64,000 nucleotides of DNA from positions 9,002,077-9,066,076 of the forward strand of contig MU053652.1 of assembly GCA_013239625.1 (NCBI GenBank). The letters are read 5' to 3'. Shown here piece by piece: positions 52,793-64,000 of this stretch. The DNA comes from Lama guanicoe (lineage: Eukaryota). The translations under genes and the position numbers were made by a program. The notes beneath the pieces were generated by a model that did no database searches, was not told the DNA's origin, and saw nothing but the letters and a program-made list of their open reading frames with translations. Within the stretch, counting starts at the first letter, position 1. Each line of letters begins with the position of its first letter.

Positions 52793-54269
52793 AGGGAGGG
52801 GAAGAGTCCAGTATTTCTTGCTAAGTGTATGTATAGGCTTGGAGCCAGATGGTCCTTGTTGGAGATGTCAAAGATATAGTGTGACTGGTTCAACCAGGGA
52901 TTCTCAAGATGACATTATTTGCTAGAATATCCACATCAAGCTCCATCATTGTTACCAGCACTCTTGGTTCTTAGGGAATGACTCATGCCAAAATGAGTCA
53001 TTGTCAAGCCAAAATGTCACTTAGTATTCATTTTTGATAAGAAATACGTGTTACTGCTTGACTTTACTTTCTGTCCTGTGCAGGGACGTCTGCTACAGTG
53101 GAACACAACCCTCTCTACAGAACTGGATGTAGCATAAAGTGAAAATTTTTCAGCTTCAGCCCCTCCCTTACCTGAACATGGTGAGTGCTGGGAGTGGCTG
53201 GGAACCGTAGATTGTTCTAGGAAGAGAGAGGAAGCCAGAACTGCAATCAGGAAGCATATCTATGCAAACATTTTTGGTAAATTGCCCAAAGAGATCTCAG
53301 AAGAATGGGACCTGAATTTTCAAGCCTCTAATTATTCATCATGAATTCTTTCCTTAGTATAAATAAGAATTTATTTTTGTACTTAATTTTGAATTTACAA
53401 TTTTGCCTTTTTTATTGAGGAAGGTCCACCAGATGATACCTCAGGCTTCCCCAAATCTGGATCTGCTCCTGTGTCCTTATTGTAGGAATTTGGGCACTCT
53501 GCTGGTCTGACCTGCAAGACTTTCCTTTTTTTTTTTTTGTTTTAGATTCCATGCATCTCACTGCTCTGGGGTTATATCATCGCTTCAGGCAGAAAACAAC
53601 CAATTAAATTACAGTTTGTCTACATAATCCTTTCCCACAGAGATCTTGAGAGGACAACGGGCTCTCCTGAAGGAGAACTGAAAAATTCCTTAGTACCTTC
53701 AGTGATTCATTTAAAACAATTTCTAAAGTTGCTCTTATCTTTCATTTGAGGATTGATTCTTTTCATTTTTCTCTCATTCTCATGTTATTGTGCCCAGTGT
53801 ACCATGTACAAGAAAGCAGTGATACCATTTTCAAGACAGTATCCCCCAACTCTCTGACACGCTTTTCGTCAGCCTACCTAATGAAGCAGCTTGGGGTACA
53901 GAAAACTTGTCAGAGACGGAGGGATTAAAAACAAGTTCGTTTCCACCAGTTTGTTTTCATAGAGGCATTTTCATAAGCAAAATACTCTTGCTAAATGAGC
54001 CTGTAGAAATTGCAGGTATAAGAGTGCTTCTCCAAAATCCATAGGCATAGATCTTTTAAAAGTAGAATCAGCCAGCTTCAGTGCACCTGTATTTCACACT
54101 GGTTTTAGAGTTCACAGTGAAGCCATTGCTCAACTGCATTTTCTCTAGACGCTTAAGAGTGAACAGTCTTTCGAAGATCAATCTAGCGAAGTGATCTTGA
54201 CTTTTAAATTCCTGCCTATGCAGATGTTGTATGTTTCTACCCTCTTTGTTCATTGCATGATTTTATTTT

Positions 54270-54462
54270 TTTAGATTTTTATTTTTTTAAATATTTTTAT
54301 TGATTTATAATCATTTTACAATGTTGTGTCAAATTCCAGTGTAGAGCACAATTTTTCAGTTATACTTGAACATATATATATTCATTGTCACATTTTTTTC
54401 ACTGTGAGCTACCATAAGATCTTATATATATTTCCCTGTGCTATACAGCATAATCTTGTTTA
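54270..54462 (-). mobile_element. Young L1 3' end with 16-bp TSD
   Basis: TGCATGATTTTATTTT at 54254-54269 and 54463-54478. Confidence 0.9.
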
Positions 54463-54557
54463 TGCATGATTTTATTTTGTTTTGCGTCCTCAGACAGTGA
54501 TAGATGAGCAATCACCACAATGCTGGAGGGCAAGCTGGCTCTTTGGTGAATTAAGGA

Positions 54558-54983
54558 TGTTTCCTCAGGGCTTCCATAACAAAGTGCCACCGACTGAATA
54601 ACTTAGAACATAGACCATTGTGTCACAGTTCTGGAGACCAGAAGTGTCGTATCAAGGTGTTGACAGGCGAGGCTCCTTCTGTAAGCTCTAGGGGAGAATG
54701 CTTCCTTGCTTCTTCGTGTTCCTGGTGGCTTCTGGGGTTCCTTGGCTTGTGGCAACATAACTCCAATCTCTGCTTCTGTCCTGGGCCTCTTTTTCCCTTG
54801 GTGTGTCCTTTTCTGTTCCTTTTGATGAGACTTTCAGTGGCTTTAAGCCCATCTGAATCAGGTATGATCTCATTTTGATTCTCTTCTTAATTATATCTGC
54901 AAAGACTCTATTTCCAAATAAGGTCACATTTCGAGGTGCTGGGTGGACATGAATTTTGAGGAGACAGTATTTGAACCACCACA
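54558..54983 (-). mobile_element. MLT1B/C-like MaLR LTR
   Basis: CCATAACAAAGTGCCAC...TCACAGTTCTGGAGACCAGAAGT...CTATTTCCAAATAAGGTCACATT. Confidence 0.8.
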
Positions 54984-57900
54984 AAGGCCGTCGAAATCCA
55001 GGAGGCGCTGGGAACGCCGTTCCCCTCCCATCAGTGGAGATGGGATTGCGCTGTCGTGGGCTCAGCCGGTGGCACAGCCACGTTCCCACCAGCACGGCGC
55101 GTTCTCAGCAGCCGGGAAGCGGAGAGGAAGCTGAGGATGTGAGCAGGCCAGGGCCGCCCTGCCCAGGAAGGAGGGCTGGAAGAAGCACACGTGGTTTCGA
55201 GCTGTGAAACATCTCTTGAGCTTAATTCCTTCCTAAAATCCAACAAAGGTGTCCTAAGCTGAGGGTGGTGTTCCCCTGACCTCTGACTTCTTTGTCCTTT
55301 TGGGCTCCGTGGCTGCTCACACTCCTGCGCCCCTCACACAGGCCTCACACTCAAGGAGGAAACTTTGCCTCGATCCTTCTGCTGTCAGCCTCTCATCTTC
55401 CACTCACTTCTTTCTTTATTCCTCCTCTTCTCCACACTTCCTCATTTTGTTCTTTTTTCATTTGTCGGATTTCATCCATGGTCTAAATCTATTCGTGTCA
55501 CGAAGCTGCTCAGAGCCCTGAGGCCCGGGCGTGCAGGGCGGGCAGTGGACACATTCCTAGGACAGAGCAGGAGTCCCGGACTCCTAAGGGTTCCTTCACT
55601 GCTGGGGTGTTTGGACATACCTTTGGCATCTTAGGCGTTAAGCTGCTTCCGGTAAGGAGAGTGTTCATTAAAACTATGTTTACAAAATAGCTAACAAACA
55701 CTGGAGTTAACCTGTGTCTGTAGACCCAGGCAGTGCTCTCTTTACTGAGTCAATTCTTGTCTTTCAGGCTTTTGCCTTTGTTTTGTTTTAGAGGGTTGAG
55801 GTCACTCGATAATAGTAAATAACAGTGACAGGCAGTCCTGTGCCTGTCGTGGGCAACCCCCACATTACACCGCCCAGTGGGAACGCCCTCCTGTGATGCT
55901 CTTTCTCTGTTCCTTTCAAATTCTGTTACATTTGGCCAGACGGCGGCGACGATCATGAGCGTCAGTTTAGCATCAGGGTTACTTCCTCTGCCTGACTTTC
56001 TGCTTCTTGATACGACCTTGTCTATGCTGAGATTATTTTTCCTAGCTGCGACTTCTTACCCTGCAAAAAACAATTTTTATATTCTTTTCTCCCTCCTATC
56101 TCTATAGCGAGATGACTACTATAAAGGGTAAGTTTCGTTCCTCCCTAACCCAAACTAGGACTGGGATGAGAAAGTCCTGGCTCTCCTGCCTCCTCACAGT
56201 GGCCTGCTGGTTGACTCCAGCTCGATTAGACTTACAATTACTCCAGAAAAACTACTCTTGTATTTTATTTTTGCTTTAATTACTTCCTCCCTCCTTTCTC
56301 CAATCTTTTCTCAGTCCTTCAAGACATCTTTTCTTTTGAGACTTTCATTCAAAGGAGGCTGAGAGGAGGAACACTGGCTTGTCCTCCTTGATTTGAGTCT
56401 GTCAGATCCTCACTTGTCAGGAAGGTATATTCCAAAATTTGCTTCTCCCAGATTTGCTTATATTATCAGAGCATCTAATTGTCACCCAATTTGTAAAAGG
56501 CAGAGATGTGTAACTGAAAATGTAGGAGTCCTGGTAGATGTGTAACAGCAGGTACCAAGCAGGTGGTGATGGACAGCGCACTTGCCCGTGAGCTGTGCCT
56601 GCGTAAGCCGCCCTCAAGGGACGCCGTGGTGCTTGGGGACTTTGTGAAACATTAGAAACCAACAAAAGTTGACCCCGGAAATGCCCAGTGATTTAGAATT
56701 TCCTTAATTTTTTTTTTCCTTCAGAAGGCTCCCTAAAGACTGCTAATGGTAGAGGAGGTGAGCTAAAACTTTGTTTTCTCTTCTTCTTTCATCTAAGGGT
56801 CGGGGAAAATATAAACCCCCAGGACATCACTATCTCCGCCCAGAACCTGTTTGCAGCAATTGTGATTTTTCTGTGGGAGGTTTCTGCTCTTATCTTACCG
56901 AATCAGATGTTTAAATTCCTTGATGGAGAAGAAGATCTGTTGCATTCCCAAGATAATTTGAGAGTTAGGTAACAATAGTAATTGTCCTCTAGAAACTCTT
57001 CTTCCCTGAACTACTTCTTATTTTATACATTTGATTTTGTGTGTCTTGTCTGCGAGAAACTCCTGTTTATAATAAGTAGAACATTTCATTAGGGAAGACT
57101 ATTGGTGATATTGTGAAATCTGCTGTTCATGTGAGAAATAGAAAGTCTTGAGAAATCAACAGAACAAGTTGAGGAGGACACCGGATTCCTTCCCCCTCTT
57201 CCCTCCAAATGTCTGCCTCTTCCCTCTTTACGGTAAAGTTCACTTAAGATTGAGAAGGAGTTCTGAATACAAAGAAAAGGGAGAGGAGGATGAGAGAATA
57301 AAGTAATAAGCCCCAACAATAGCTCACATGTGTTAATAATTTGCATCACTTAGTCTTCTTGGGAACCCTGTGATGTTTCCCAGCGTCCCGATGGGGAAAA
57401 CGGGACACAGTGACCAGCTAGTGAATTGGCAAAGGAGGGACCGAGTCTGGGTCTGGCTCACCCCAGTGCTCACGTGCTACCCTATGGCCTGTCAAGAAGA
57501 ACAAAACCAAAGTAAGGAACAATGAGGGAAGAGAGAAAGCCAAAGAAGGAGGGGAAAGAGAGTTAGCTTGAGCAGTCTAGACTCAACTTCCCAGTTTCGG
57601 GTGTGTTGGCCTAGCACCCTGCACGGGTGGAAGGGTTCTCCCATCTTGAAGGAATCTGAAGAGCTGACGGTGGGAGTTGACTGTGGAAACACTTGGGCCG
57701 TAGCCAAGCCTTGTTTTTCTTGCATCTGTTGTCCCTTTTTATTGTGAAGAGATGTCTGAGGCCTGTCACACTTATGTCACTATGATGAAAAATGGTTGAA
57801 CTGCCCATTTAAAGGAACAGTATTTCTCATGTGCATATTTTGTGAAATTCCTGAACACCATAAGCATTTGGACAGCAGTTTGGAATTCAAAAGAAGGATT

Positions 57901-58337
57901 TTTTGGCCAGGTTAATGTTTCATCGGCAGGTCAGAAGTGCATGGGATTTCAAAATAAAGCAAGAGAGGAGCTAATGGAGCATCACAGGCTCTTGGTTAAG
58001 TCGCCACAATCCAGGAGCCTTTTCTGGCTTTGCCCACATTCAGGGATGCAGTTTTGATAGTTTTCCCATGAGTGTTCAACCACTCGCCAAGTAATTCACA
58101 GAGATCAATCATAAGATTCATTCATTTCAACAAGCATTTGCTGAATACGTTTTGTGCTGAATAGATTCCTATGAACCTTCTAGAACTTCTGCCCCCTTCT
58201 CTGCCTGCTCTGTTCCTGAGGGGCTGTCCTTTATGGACTGTACCAACCCTCTGGCTTTCCTCGTGTTCAATTTGTGGAAGGCACTAGTGGGAGAAGGGAG
58301 GGCAGGAGAGGGAAGTAGGGTTACTCATACCATAGAC

Positions 58338-58564
58338 CTCGAGTCTGCAGACTATGGCCCTTAGTCCCAAATCTAGCCTGCAGTTTATTTTTATAAATAA
58401 AGTTGTATTGGCACATGTCATGCCCATCCATTGAAGTATTGTCTATGGCTGCTTTTACTCTCCAAAGGGCAGAGCTGGATAATTGTGACAGAGACCTTAT
58501 GGCTTGCAAAGTCTAAAATATTAATTTTCTGGCCTTTTACAGAAAAAAAGTTTCTTCACCTTTG
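58338..58564 (+). mobile_element. MER58A hAT-Charlie DNA transposon
   Basis: ACTATGGCCC...CCAAATCTAGCCTGC...TAAATAAAGTTGTATTGG...CTGGCCTTTTACAGAAAAAAAGTTT. Confidence 0.85.
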
Positions 58565-59202
58565 CCTTAGGTAGCTCCCTCTCTGAGCAGGGCTATTGAT
58601 TCCTTAGGCATCTTCCTTCCTGTCAAAAGCCACCACCATCAGGTGGCACTTCTTACTGCTTCAGCTACACCACAGTGAGAGCTCCTCTTATCTCTTCCCC
58701 TGGCCCAATTAAGGCCGCTGGTAGCTCTCACTGTTGCTAGGCCCACAGTGCATCCCTGTCTTTTGTTATCCTCCTTCATCCCTGCACACACTCCCTTCGT
58801 GTCTCCTAATTTACCCGGTTGGAATTACAGAGAATTACAGATAAGTAGACAACATGAGATATTGTGAAAATAAATAATAAGTGCCTGTTTCTTTAGCTAG
58901 ACCCTTGGCAGAATACTTTGGACATTATGTCATTTTATCCTCATAATGCTCCCATGAAATAGTTTCTATTATTTTCCTATTAACAGGTAAGGAAACCTAA
59001 ACTTTTTTTTTTAGACTAAGTCACTTGTCCGTCATTTATATCTTGAAGGGGAAAAATTAGGACTCTGATCTAGGCTCTTAATCCTTAGGGAGACAGCAAA
59101 GCGCAGATTGCATTTCAGGTTCCTTGCAAGCTGGTTCTGCTGTAAAACTGAAGCTGAAATGGCTGATTTTGGCCATATCTTGAAGAAACTCACACATTGT
59201 GT

Positions 59203-59440
59203 GAAGGACTTTGGGCAAAATAGTCTGGGCATTAGGCTCGAAACAGATGTGTGTAACTCCAGGAAGAAAAGTTTCGAATTCATGTATGTCACTCTTGTTT
59301 AGCAATATACACTTTTCAAGGTATTTTCATAGCCTCATAACAAGCCAACAAGCCTGTGAAGCCAGATGACAGTTCTCAGAGCAAACTGAGACTGAAAAAT
59401 TGAGTGTAGTATATCCACATCCAGTTAATATTAAGCATCC
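59203..59440 (+). repeat. Left arm of a diverged inverted duplication
   Basis: Reverse-complement match to 60195-60399; perfect 30-mer at 59347-59376 / 60245-60274. Confidence 0.9.
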
Positions 59441-60194
59441 ATGCCTATATGACAACGTCCAGTATTCTTTAAAAGTGCTGACTAAGTGGCCCCGGGGGAA
59501 CAGGGGAAAATGCATTTTGTGAAGACTAGCCTCAGCGCTAGAGGTTGAAAAAACACCTGAAGTCCATCCGTGGTCTTCCTAGGGAGTCAATGGCTAGAGG
59601 ATAATCTCTCTTGTTTTTATAACTTTCTCCAATGCATACTTTTCTCATATCTGCTACAGATGCTTTTAACTATTGAACTCTCATTATCAACAATCTTGAA
59701 TCTAGAATATTTTTATAGACTCCATTCATATCACCAATTGCAGAGAAAATAAGAATCTTTTCTGAAAGTTGGGATTTTCCTCTTTATCTTTAGCTTTACT
59801 TAGCTAAAATCATATTCCTAATTATTCCTCTAAAACCTTCCCTTCTTGCTGCGTTTCCCAGCACTGCTATTGACGTCACCAACTTCCTACTCGCCACGTA
59901 ACCAAGCCTGAAACACCAGATTTGCTTCAGTTCTTCCTGCAGCCTGTCAGCCTCACCCCTGGTGTGGACTTTGTCTTTCTGAATCCCTTTACTATTACTT
60001 TCATTCAGACCTCTTTTATGCACTACCTAGACCATATTCCCTTAAGCACACAACTCTGGTCATCTCATTGGTTTGAGAAAAAAAACCTCTGGGGCTACAC
60101 AGTTCATAAAAATGAAAATTCATTATTCAAATTATTAAATTCATTAATGAAAACTAATATTCATTGGATGTGAATGTAGAGTTGAATTCATTGT

Positions 60195-60399
60195 AGGATG
60201 ATTCATTGGATGTAGAGTCTCAGCTGGATTCTAAAACTACTCTAAGAACTGTCATCTGGCTTCACAGGCTTGTTATGAGGCTGTGAAAAGTGTATATCGC
60301 TAAACAAGAGTGATACACGTAAGCTCGAAACTTTCTTTTTCCCAGGAGGTACACACATCTGTTGAGCGTGTAGTGTTCGGACTATTTTCGGAGTCCTTC
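60195..60399 (-). repeat. Right arm of the inverted duplication
   Basis: See left arm. Confidence 0.9.
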
Positions 60400-61120
60400 G
60401 GCTCCGCCTGTCTTCTGCTACGGACAGTTACAAACAACCTTCCTGGGAGAACGTGATGCCCTCAGCTAACGACGTAGGTCAGAGACCTAAAAAGCAGAAG
60501 GATTTTTGGGGAGGGGCAAGGGCAGGGCATGACCCAGTACCCAGCAGCGCCGCCGATTGGCGGACGGGAAGGTTGTTCCCTCAGAGCAGCCGCTGATTGG
60601 CTGCGGAGGAAGAGCCATGACGTCCTGAGAAGTTGAGCAAGCACCTCCTCCTCCCGGCTCTCATCCCAATTTCTGCGGGGAGTTCGGAGCCTGCCCTGCC
60701 CAGAACCGGGAACAAAGAGGCAGCGGGGACTGGACAAGGTGAGGAGGGGTGCCCCGAGGGGGCTGAGCAGGTGGGCGCTGGGCTCAGCCTGTAAGATGAG
60801 TTTGGAGATCGCTGGCAGGTACTTGCTGTCCCCCGGGAGGGGCCGCGAGCTCTGCCTCCTCCTCCCTGCACCGCGGGAGACCCGGGAACTCCGCGTACAC
60901 CGGCCGTTGCCGGGAAGACTGGGGAAGAGGGTGGCGAGCGTTTGGGCCTCCTCGCCAGACCTCCCTTCCGAGCGAGCGTTTCCCTGCGGGCGGAGGATAG
61001 AGGGTAGGGGGCTGTTAGCGCGGCTCCGGGATTTCTGTATAGGAAGGAGGAGTGGCAATTTGCATTTCTTTTCTTTTTTTCTTTTTTGGCGGGGTCAGAG
61101 GTGGGGGCGGTTGCCGGGGA
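60400..61120 (+). promoter_or_regulatory. CpG-island promoter and probable first exon of an unidentified + strand gene
   Basis: GC/CpG-rich; inverted CCAAT boxes (ATTGG at 60556-60560 and 60596-60600); CRE half-site TGACG at 60618; donor AAG|gtgagg at 60738/60739, with alternatives at 60791 and 60819. Confidence 0.7.
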
Positions 61121-61829
61121 GTAAAGGATTGGTCTTGAAGGTGTAGAACAAACCACCTGTTGACTGTTGGGCTGCATCCGTATATAGATGGGCTGACTCC
61201 AGGGGGTGGTTGATGGAGATTGTAGGCGGCACCCCCCACCCCACCCCAGGTTCTTTTGGCACAGTTATTGGTTGACCTTTCCAGCCCTGGCTTGCTTTAC
61301 CAGACTCGGATCACGAACTTCCTCATCCTGCCCGTATGGAACTGGCCCTTCTCTCTGAGATGGAGACAGCTCCGCACCCGTCCCGCCCACTGAAGCTGCC
61401 GCTCCCAGTCCATTCTCTAACAGAGACAGGAGAAGTGAGAAAGCGGTGTGCCTCGGGGGTCAGCGTCCCCCGAACTCTAAATGTCTTGACTACTCCTGGA
61501 AGAAATGTAGTTTTCAGGCACTGATTTCAGGAGATTTGGGAGTGGGTGGGGTATGGGGAGAGGGAGAGAGAGTGTTTAGTAACTTGAATAAAGATGAACA
61601 TTTTTTGATATTGTGGGTTGTCAGTTACCAGAATGTGGAGAGGATGTACCAGTGATTACACCCACCTAACTGCACAGGACTGAAGAATCGTTGACTTTGA
61701 CATGTGATTTTCATATACTTTATACTGAAACAAAAACAAAAACAAAAAACCCCAATACACTTGATGTGACATGTGGCTGTGCTCACCTTAGAGGAGTGGG
61801 CAGGCTTGCAGCCTTTTTCTTAACATTTA

Positions 61830-62000
61830 GTAGTCTTTACACATGTGCTCAGTACTTTATGCACATTAGCTCAATTAAACTTCACAATGGCCCTGAGATG
61901 TACATATTAACATGATTCCCATTTTGCAGATGAGGCGCAGATAAGTTAAGTTACTCACCAAGGTCATAGAGTAAGTGGGAGGCTGAGGACCCCAGGCCAT
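61830..62000. mobile_element. MIR
   Basis: GCTCAGTACTTTATGCACATTAGCTCAATT...CCCATTTTGCAGATGAGGCGCAGATAAGTTAAG. Confidence 0.75.
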
Positions 62001-64000
62001 TTGTGGAGGAGATGAGTCAGAGTTCCTTTGCAGTACACCCTCCTGTTGCAAGCTCTGGGCTCCTGGTCAATGCAGTTAATGCAGGTGATTTAGGTGAATA
62101 CTCTGTCTTCCTCCATACTGTCTTTGGTATTTTGTTTGGTATTTGTTTCCTTGTTCAGTGTATATTAGCTGGATCTTTGTGAGTCAATTTATGTTCTAAA
62201 ATTCTAATGCTTTTGTAATCCACAGTGCCCAGTCACTACTATACTTAACAGAATCAGTAGGATTTTAGTATTATATTTCAGTTGGGATGAGGAAACTGAG
62301 GTGAAGTAAGGAACCCTGTAGCTAGTTATATGTCTCAGCATCCAGGTCTGGATTTTGCTACCATAGTTTATTGCATTTCATAACATTCATTGGTCTATAA
62401 GATCTTGGAAAGAGACTAGATCTTTTGTAGGGCATTGTGGGGAGGAGAGCGATGAGTCCCTGTCCTTATTCATGAGTCTATTTTTTTTCTCTGCTACATT
62501 GGTCTTTATGACATTCATTTAAATTTGCTCATTGATCTATTCATTCTTTCCCCAAACACTTGAGTTCTCCTATGCAGTAGTCACTGGGAATACAGAGATG
62601 AAGAAAACGCAGTTCATTCCCTCCAAGAATTTAGAGTTTAGCAAACAGACAGACAGAGAAGCAGGGAGACATTTTGGATTAGACTCCAGTTCAGAACTAA
62701 CTTTGCATTCCATCTCAGTGAAGCTTAATTTGTGGGCTGGAGACCATGAGATTCATAGGTCCTGTATCTTCTGATGACTTAGAGTAACCGATGGACTTGA
62801 AAACACATGAATATTCTTGACAAGATTAATTAATATTAATAGACACCCCCCACCATCTACTTGTTTTTACTTCTATTTTGTAAGGAGCTTAACATTAAAA
62901 GAATATAGCTACGCAACAGGAAATAAAAGTGTGGAGAACAGTGCTGCTGCATGCCCAAGCCTAGTTCTAATACGCTTTGGGGTTGGGAGCTATTTGCATT
63001 AGTTCTAGGCCATCACCAGGTGTTCCATTCATTTGGAACTCTTTTGGACCTCTCCAGGAATATTATGATCTGGATACCAAATATGTATTGTGGGCCAAGA
63101 CTCATGGCCATGGAGCTGACTACCCTTGTTTACAGTGCCAGGGCTTCCTGGGAAGCCACGGCTTTTTAAATATGCTTGCATTTTTTTGAATGAACTGGAA
63201 GTGTGGATGTATATCACTTGCATTTCTCACTCAGTACTTTATTTTCTTCAACTCAAGGCTGCGCCATCCTTAGTCTTTTGATGTCTAATCTAGATGTGTG
63301 TCTGATTATTACAAGTAACTTGGCACTGAGAAATCTCCCCATGTGATCTGATAGTCTTAGTTTGAGTCACTGAATTATGTTGTAGTGGAATTATTTTAAA
63401 GATCTGAAATACAAGGACTAAAGGGTACATCTCTGACTTTGGGGCCTAGCCATAGATGATTTGGCCTTAATTTCTTCAATAATGAATTTGTAATCATTTT
63501 TACATGTCCCAGTGGAAGCAACAGAAATTAGCTCTTTTTATACTTAAGCTCTTATATTTGCTTGCACATTGTTTTGGTTTAGGTAGGTGGTTTTTTAGGT
63601 TTATAAAGTTTTCTAGTTAGGTTGATATTACAGAAAGGATTGAAGAGACTTAAAGAATTTTTTTAGTATTTGGTGGAAGAATACAAAACTCTATGTAGAC
63701 CTCAGCTCTCTTCATCTACCTACCATTCTAACTCATGAAAACCAGCACAAATTAGATACATTATTTTATGGCATAAGTACTACCTGAACAATAGCAGATA
63801 AATGCAACCTAATCCAATTACATTTAAAAGTCATACCAACCAAACAGCAGATGGTTTTATTATGATTCATCCATTGAGGCTTGGAAAATGCTTTTTATGA
63901 AATGTGAAAAATTCCTTATTTATATGGGGCTCACTGCCTTCATTTATATTATCTGCTTTTAGATGATTTTCTCTCAGGTCTATTCTGACTCTAATATTCA

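Noticed and set aside
60462..61177. Overlapping 135-198 aa ORFs on both strands
   Set aside because: Stop-poor CpG-island ORFs with Pro/Arg/Gly/Ser-biased content and no homology
1..64000. CRISPR arrays, rRNA, prokaryotic systems, NUMTs
   Set aside because: None seen; the sequence is mammalian nuclear DNA

Overview
Mammalian genomic DNA, AT-rich and repeat-dense. The tRNA-derived SINEs and young L1 3' ends look camelid (alpaca/camel); this is inferred from recalled repeat consensus, not a search. No complete recognisable protein-coding gene is present. Most ORF-track entries are chance ORFs or sit in LINE-1, L2, MIR, LTR or DNA-transposon remnants. Main non-routine elements: (1) an ~817 bp intronless internal fragment of GGA2 mRNA (17694-18510) with an intact frame, no poly(A) and no clear TSD, inside an old L1; (2) a ~70 bp RPLP1 3'-end retrocopy joined to an L1 tail; (3) a ~170-240 bp diverged inverted duplication (59203-59440 / 60195-60399) just upstream of a CpG-island promoter (~60400-61120) of an unidentified + strand gene; (4) a young CpG-rich solo LTR (24513-25071); (5) a tentative minus-strand gene of frame-compatible 21/27-nt micro-exons ending at 4275, which I cannot name. 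Repeat boundaries and subfamily names were judged by eye and are approximate.
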